Assembly (NCBI GenBank): GCA_014905635.1
Contig: JABVCE010000004.1
Span: 806,001 to 870,000 of the forward strand
Source: Scenedesmus sp. PABB004
Taxonomy: Eukaryota
Direction: 5' to 3'
DNA: 64,000 bases
Under the pieces are notes generated by a model that worked only from the letters and a program-made list of their open reading frames with translations, had not been told where the DNA came from and did not search any database. The translations under genes were made by a program, and so were the position numbers. Position 1 is the first letter of the stretch; every line of letters starts with the position of its first letter. This document shows, piece after piece, positions 57,001 through 64,000 of this stretch.

Positions 57001-57735
57001 CGCCGCCCGCCACAGCGTCGCGCGCCAGTCCACGCCCGCCGCGGCAACCGCCTCCTGCAGCGGCCGGTCCGCGCGCCCCGGCGCCGCCGCGCCGCGCTGC
57101 CCGTTCAGCTTCTGGGCCTGCTGCGCCCGCCACGCCGCGGCAGCCGCGGCGGCTGCCGCCGTCGGCACGCCGGCGTCGCACAGCAGCTGCCGCAGCTGCG
57201 CCTCTGCGCTCGCCAGCGACAGCACCGCGCCGTCCGCCCAGTGCTGCCACGCGCAGGCGGCATCGCGGTGCGCGCCGCGCGCCTCGTGCGCGCACAGCGG
57301 CCACTGAGCGTCGATGGTGTGGCAAAAGCTGGCGCAGCCGGGGTCGGCGCCGCCGGTCGTGTCCGGGAACTGGGGCGCCAGGCGATAGCTCCGGAAGCAT
57401 GCCAGGCTGCTGGCATAGCGCTCGGCCGGCGCCGCGGCACGCTGCGGGCGCGCCGGCCCCTGCGCCGCCGGCGCGCCGCCGCGGGCGCCGCCGCCGCCGC
57501 TGCGGCCGCGGGCCAGCTGCGCCGCGCCGTCCAGCAGGAGGCTGCCCGTGACCTCGGACAGCAGCTGCAAGTGGCTGCCGCTGCCGGCCGTGGGCGCGCC
57601 GGCGCGCGCCAGCTGGTGCCAGCCCAGGTCGACAGGCCCAGGCGGCTCCGCCGACACCGGTGGCTGCTGCGGCTGCTGCTGTCCCTCGCGCCTGCCGCCA
57701 AGGCGCGAGGCGTTGCTAAAAAAAACACCCCGTTC

Positions 57736-57790
<55 letters not shown>

Positions 57791-60007
57791 GGCTTGTCGC
57801 GGGCCCCGCCGCGGCCGCCTGCAGCGCCGTCTGCAGCTGCAGACGGTGCTGCCGCTCGGCGCCGCGAGGGGATGACGTACCTCGCCGCGTCGGCAGGCTG
57901 CTGCTCCCCGCTGCTCCCCGCGGCCAAGCGCGAGGGGGGCCGCTCCCGGCTTCTGCCGCGGCTCCTGCTGCGGCTGCGGCGCCGCTGCGGGCTGCGGCTC
58001 CTTCTGCGGCGGTCGCGCGGCCCCGAGCCGGAGCGCTCAAGCGACCCAGAGTTTGAGCGCGCGCTCAGCGCTTGGCTGCGCCAATGCAGGGCGGGGTTGG
58101 CGCCCGAGCGCTGGCCGCGCCGCCGCTCCGCGTCAGCGCTGCGCGAGCGCGAGACGCGCTGCCTTCCGCGCCGCAACGCCACGTCCCTGCCGCGGCTGCC
58201 GCTGCGGCTGCGGCTGGCACGCCGCCTGCTTCTGCTGCCGCGGCCGCTGCTGCTCCTGCTGCTCCTGCTGCTGCTCCTGTGCCTGCGCCCGCTCGCCCCG
58301 TCCCTGCTGCGCGAGCGGCGGCGCAGCGCGGCGGCGCCCGGCGCGACCGGCGACTGCCTGCGACTGGCTCGCCCGCCGTCAGCCGGCACCTCCTTGCGGT
58401 TGGCTGGGGCCGCCCCGGGCGGCGACCCGCCGCGCTTGGCGCCGCCCTCCTCGCCAGCGGCCGTGGCCGGCGCGCCCTGCTGCTGCTTGCCGGCGGCCTT
58501 GGCTGCCGCGGCCGCCGGATCTAGCCGCGGCCGCTTTGCAGCTGCGCCAGGGCTCGCTGCGCCGTCAGCCTCGGCGCCGTCAGCTGCCGGCTGGTCCGCG
58601 GCCGGCCGCTTCTGGCCGGCTGCCGCGGGCGGGGCGGGCTCGGGCGCCGCCTCCAGCACGAGCAGCGGCTGCTGCACCGCGGCCCTGCCGGGCGAGAGCT
58701 GCCCCTGCTGCAGCGCCGCGGACGCCTGCTGCTGGTAGCGGTCCCAGCGCTCCCGCAGCGCCGCTGCCCTGCGGGCCGCCAGGTCGTCGTGCGCGTCTGC
58801 CGCGTCCGCCGCCGCATCGGCGCTGCCCAGCCACGGCGCCGCGGCGGCCGCCGCGTCGGCCGCCGCGCGCGCGTGCGGGCCCAGCAGCTGCGCGAGCGAG
58901 CCGCTGACCTGCTGCCAGCTGGCGTGCAGCTGCGCGACCTCCTGCTGCAGCAGGCGCTCGTGGATGATGCAGCGCTGCTGCTGCGCCAGCAGCTGCACCG
59001 CCGCCGCCTGCTCCTGCGGCGCCAGTGCCGCGACGCCGGCCGCCAGCTGCGGCGACAGCAGCGCCGACACCAGCGCGAGCTCGTGCTGCTGCGCCGGCGG
59101 CAGCGCCAGCGGCGGCGGCGCGGCCGGCGGCTGCTGCTGCTCTGCGCCGCCCGCCGGCGCGGCGACCGCGAGCTGCAGGCGGCTCTTGGCCTTGGGCGAC
59201 GCCCGCGCCGCCGCCGCCGCCGCCCGGCGCACCGCCACGGGCTTGGCGGGCGGCGCCCCGGCCGCGGGCGGCGGCGGCTGCGCCGCCGCGCGCGTCGCCG
59301 CCTCGGCCGCCAGCGCCTGCAGCTGCGCGGCCTGGTCGGGGCCCTCCGTCGCACCCAGTATGAATTGCATGTCCTCCAGCAGCTGCTCCGCAGAGACGTC
59401 GGCGCCGCGCGCGCGCGCGCCACCGCCCGCGTCGGCGTCCGCCGCCGACGTCGACGTCGGCGTCGCGGGCGCGCTGCCGCGCGGCGCCGCCGCCGCCGCG
59501 CCCGCGCGCCGCCGCCGGCGCGGCGCCGGCGGCGGCGGGCACGGCCAGCCGCGGCGGCCCCGCCCGCAGCGGCTTGGCGCGCGGCTTGGCGGCGGGCGCG
59601 GGCGCGGGCGCCGCCGCGGGCGCGGGGCCGCCGCCGCCGCCGGCCACCGCTGCCGCGGCGCGCGCCTTCTTGGCCTCCATGGCCTTGATCAGCGCCTGCA
59701 TGGCCTGGATCTTCTGGTAGTGCAGCTCCGGCTGCGGCGCCGACGCCGGGGCGGGGGCGTGCTGCGCCGCCGGCGCCGGCGCAGCCGCCGCCGCCGCCGC
59801 TGCTGGCGCGGCGCCGGCCCGCGGCGCCGCGCCGCGCCGCCCCCGCTCGGCCGCGGCATGCGGCGCGGGCGGCTCGCCGCCGCCGTCGTCCTCCTCCTCG
59901 TCGTCGCTCTCAAAGTTGAACACGATCGGCGGGTCCTCGGCGCCGCCGCCCGGCGCGGCGGCGCCGCCGCCGCCGCCGCGGCCGGCGGCGCGCCGCCTGA
60001 GGGCCAT
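53787..60007 (-). CDS. ZFC3H1/Red1-like zinc-finger protein (PAXT/MTREC exosome adaptor) with RS-rich region and HAT-like repeats; two apparent frameshifts
   Basis: [46 protein letters not shown] matches the zf-C3H1 context. HAT-like [19 protein letters not shown] and [17 protein letters not shown]. The frame breaks at ~59510 and ~55790. Confidence 0.8.
53956..54004. repeat. (CT)n/(GA)n microsatellite at the 5' end of the last intron of the ZFC3H1-like gene
   Basis: The minus strand reads gaag|gtgagagagaga... Confidence 0.95.
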
Positions 60008-60405
60008 GCCGCCCGCCCTGCTGGTCGGCGGTGGGTGGAGGCGTGGCGAGGGCGGCGGTGGGCGGCGCGGCGCGCCCAGGCGCCGCTGCGCCGAGATCGC
60101 CAACCGCCGTGGCAGCGGGCGGCGCGCAGCGGCGGCGGCGCGCGTGCCTGCCACGCCTAGGTCGCCATTCGGTCGTCACGGCGCGCGCGAAGCCAGCGGA
60201 TGTGCCGGGGGCCGCGGGCGCGGCCGCTCCCGAACGGGCGCGCTGCACCGCGCTGCGTCAAGCTGCTGGCGCCCTTGCGCTCGCGGCAGCCCCGAAGCTG
60301 CGACGATCATTTTGCGGCCTCCTCCCTCCGCCGGCGCTGCTGCGCGGCGCTCTCTCGCGCCGCTAGGGCTAGGCGCCGAATCAATCTGCCCCAGCGCCCG
60401 CCGCG

Positions 60406-63400
60406 ATGTCGGCGCTGCGGCGAGGCGTGCCGCGCCTGGCGGGCGCGCTGGCCGGCTGGGCGTCGCGAGGCGGCGCCTGGCCCGCCGGCGCGCCGGGCGC
60501 GAGCAGCAGCAGCAGCGGGTGCGCCTGCCCTGGCGGGCCGAGCACGCGCCGGCCGGCGGGGCCGCAGCTGCGTGCTGGCGGTCGCGCAGGGTCGCCAGAT
60601 CACGGCGGCGCGCGGGCGGCTGGCCGCGCGGCGCGCCGCCGCCCCGCGCCGACGCGCCCGCCGCTGCTGGCGCGCGCGCAGGCTGGGCGGCTCGGCGGCG
60701 TGGCGCGCGGGGCTGGTGGGCTGGCTGCAGCGCGGCTACGCCGACCGTGAGTGCTGCGGGGGGGGGGGGGGGGCTGCGCGCGCGCGGCTGCAGCGGGGGC
60801 GCCCGGGCGCCGCCGCCGCCGACCGCGCCGCCGGCGCTTCGCCGCCGCTGCGCGCGACCGCGCCGCAGTGCCCGCGCACGTGGAGCTGGCCATGCCCTCG
60901 CTTTCGCCCACGATGACGCAGGTGCGCCACGCGCGCGCGGGGCGCCGAGGCCCGGCCCGCCGCCCCTGGCCTCAGCCCGTGCCCCGGCCGGCCCGCCGAG
61001 CGCGCCGCCACCGCCGCCGCCACGCGCACGCGCGCAGGGCAACATCGCGGCCTGGCGCAAGGCGGAGGGCGACTCTGTCGCGCCGGGCGACATCCTGGCC
61101 GAGGTGGAGACGGACAAGGCCACCATCGAGTGGGAGGCGCAGGAGGAGGGGTACATCGCAAAGATCATCAAGCCAGCGGGTGCGAAGAGGGGCAAACATC
61201 GGGGCGGCGGCGGCAGCGGCGGACGCGGCCGACCAGCGAGCGCGGGTGGCCAGCGGCGCCGGCTGCAGCGGCGCCGGCCGCCCACCCGCCGCGGCCGCGC
61301 GCCGCGCCCGTGCCGCGCCCGCGCAGGCAGCAAGGACATCCCGGTGGGGACGCCCGTCGCGCTGATCGTGGAGGAGGCGGGCGATGTCGCGGCGTTCAGC
61401 AGCTACACCCCCGGCGGTGCGGCGCGCGGCGCCCCGGGCCGCCCGCGCGGCCCCCAGGCGCAGCAGCGCGGCAGCCGCCCGCGCGCCGCCGCGCGGGCGC
61501 GGCCCCGGCCCACCCGCCGCGCCGCGCGCCGCGCGCCCGCGCCCGCGCCGGCAGCCGCGCCGGCGGCGAGCAGCAGCGCGCCCGCGGCGCCCGCGGCGGC
61601 GCCCGCGGCGGCGCCCGGCGGCGGGTTGTTCCCGCCGCACGAGCTGATGAAGATGCCGGCCCTCTCGCCGACTATGAGCGCCGGCAACATCGTGGCGTGG
61701 CAGAAAAAGGTGCGCGGCCGCCCGCCACCAGCACCCCGCAGTAGCCCACGCCCCTGCGGCCGCGGCGGCGGCGGCGGCGCCGGCCCGCCCGCGCGTGCCT
61801 TGCGCGCCCGCTCAGCGCGCCGCGGCCGCCGCGCGCCGCGCCGCGGTCGCCAGGTCGGCGACGCGGTCGCGCCGGGCGACATGCTGTGCGAGGTGGAGAC
61901 GGACAAGGCCACCATCACGTGGGAGGCGCAGGAGGAGGGGTACATCGCGGCGCTGCTGCTGCCCGACGGCGCCAAGGACATTGCCGTTGGCACGCCCGCG
62001 GCGGTGCTGGTCGAGGAGGCGGTGAGGCGCCGCGCCGCGGGGAGGGAAGCGCGGGCGGCGGGGCGTGCGCCGGCGGCGGGGCGCGCGCGGCAGCGGGGCT
62101 CGCCCGACGGCGCCCGCGCCCAACCGCCTGCCCGCCGTGCCGCGCAGGACGCTGTGCCCGCGTTTGCGACGTTCACGCCCGCCGACGCCGCGGGGAGCGC
62201 CCCGTCGCCCAAGCCGGCAACCTCGGCGCCGCCGCCGCCGCCGCCCGCCGCCGCCGCGCCGCCCAAGGCGCCCACGCCGGCGCCCTCGCCGGCGCTCCGC
62301 GCGGCGGCCGCCCCCGCAGCAGCCGGTGAGCGGCGAAAAACGCGCGCGCCGCGCCGCCCGCCCTGCCGGCGCGCGCGCCGTGCGCAGCGGGCCCGCCCCG
62401 CCCTCCTCAGCCACGCCCCGTCCGCCCCTCCCCGCCCCCTCCCCGCCCCCTCCCGCCACGCGCCCGGCAGGCGGCCGCGTGGTCGCGAGCCCCTACGCCA
62501 AGAAGCTGGCCGCGCAGGCGGGCGTGTCGCTCGCGGGCGCGGCCGGCTCCGGACCCGGCGGCCGCATCGTGGCGGCCGACGTGCAGCAGCTGGTCGCCTC
62601 GGGCGGCGCTGCGCCGGCGGCCGCGCCGGGCCTCGGCGGCGCCGCCGCCGCGGCCGCCGCGCCGGCGGGCGGCTACACGGACGTGGAGGTGCGCCGCGCG
62701 CGCCGCGCGCTGGCCGCCAGCGCTGCCGGCGGCGCCGCCTCCGCCGGCCGCGCTCACCCCGTGACCACGCGCCCGGCGCGCAGGTGAGCCAGATCAAGCG
62801 CGTCACTGCGGCGCGGCTGCTTGAGAGCAAGCTGACCATCCCCCACTACTACCTGACCATGGAGTGCGAGGTGCGGCACGCCCCGCCCGACCGCGTGGCC
62901 GGCAGCCGCCAGCCGACGCCGCGGCTGCTCGCTGCCGCAGCGAGCTCCCGCCGCCGCCGCCGCGCCGCGCGGGGGGCGCTTTTGCCGGGGCCCGCGCGCC
63001 GCCGCCGGGGCCCGCGCGCCCACGCCGCCGCGCCGCGCGCCGCCGCCGGCGCGCGCCCGCGCCGCGGCGCAGCTCGACGCGCTGCTGGCGGCGCGCGAGT
63101 CGCTCAACGTCGCGCTGGCGGGGCGCGGCAAGCTCAGCGTGAACGACTTCATCGTCAAGGTGACCCACCTACCTGACTGCGGGGCCGGGCGGGCGCGGGC
63201 GGGCAGGCGCGGGGGTCGCACGGGGGTCAGACGGCCCCAGGGCGCGGCGCGCACGCCGCGCGCGCGCGGCCGCCGACCCCGCGGCCGCGCCGCGCCGGCC
63301 GCCGCGAGCAGGCCGCCGCGCTCGCGTGCCGCGCGGTGCCCGCGGTCAATGCGAGCTGGCGGGGCGACGTCATCCGGCAGTTCCACAACGTCGACGTCAA

Positions 63401-64000
63401 CGTCGCGGTCGCGAGCCCCGCGGGTGACCGCCGCGGCCGCGCACGCGCCGCGGCTGCGCAGGCGCCAGGGCCGCGCCCGCGCAGGCGCCGAGGAAAAGCC
63501 CGCGCGCCCACGCGCCCGCCCACGCCTGGCCGCGCGCCGCGGCGCCGCGCGCGCAGGCCTGATGGTGCCGTTTGTGCGCGATGCCGACACCAAGGGCCTG
63601 CTCGCCATCAGCCAGGAGGTCAAGGCGCTCGCCGCCAAGGTGCGCCGCCGTTTTCGCCCCCGAGCCCCCGCCGCCTCAGCTCGCTCCGCTCACGCTCACG
63701 CCGCCGCGTGCCGCTCGCGCACGCGCGACCGCCGCCGCCGCGCGCGCGCGCAGGCCAAGGAGGGGCGGCTGTCGCCCGCCGAGTTCATGGGCGGCACGTT
63801 CACGATCAGCAACCTCGGCATGTTTGGCGTCAAGCAGTTTGCCGCGATCGTCAACCCCCCGCAGGCCGCGATCCTCGCGGTCGGCGCGGCGCTGCCAAAG
63901 GTCGTGTCGGTCGGGCCCGACGAGTTTGCCGAGGCGACCGTCATGCACGTCACGCTCTCGTGCGACCACCGCGTCATCGACGGCGCGGTCGGCGCGGAGT
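60406..64000 (+). CDS. DLAT: Mitochondrial pyruvate dehydrogenase E2, dihydrolipoamide acetyltransferase with two lipoyl domains; runs off the window
   Basis: [21 protein letters not shown] occurs twice. E3-binding [22 protein letters not shown] and catalytic [35 protein letters not shown] are present. Confidence 0.97.

Noticed and set aside
93..63977. Hundreds of long Arg/Ala/Pro-rich ORFs on both strands suggesting overlapping genes
   Set aside because: Stop codons are rare at this GC content. These are shadow frames or intron read-through with no family motifs.

Overview
This is eukaryotic nuclear DNA of extremely high GC content (visually about 80%). It most likely comes from a chlorophycean green alga (Sphaeropleales-like), an inference from the plastid and mitochondrial gene set, short GC-rich introns, a TGTAA poly(A) signal and TTTAGGG-type repeats. 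Most long ORFs in the supplied track are GC-driven artefacts or intron read-through. Manual splicing supports about 20 intron-containing genes, often in tight head-to-head pairs. They include rhodanese, an MBOAT wax synthase, 2-Cys peroxiredoxin, fRMsr, an RFWD3-like E3, a UhpC-type transporter, a Cys-rich secreted repeat protein, Vps23, rhomboid, ureidoglycine aminohydrolase, cytochrome c6A, a ZFC3H1-like protein, PDH E2 and several unknowns. The highlight is a Fanzor (eukaryotic TnpB-like RNA-guided nuclease) relic at ~50467-52150 (-). It keeps its RuvC D-E-D triad and Zn finger and is followed by a ~600 nt hairpin-rich tail (candidate omegaRNA/element end) that ends just before the cytochrome c6A start codon. 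Other notable observations are a protein with two SRP54/Ffh M-domain-like repeats and no GTPase, a ~540 bp inverted duplication feeding two different secreted-protein genes, a secreted papain-like NCYxY/DYH protein, and an unusually high number of GC-AG introns. Exon boundaries and family calls were made by eye and need HMM and RNA-seq confirmation.
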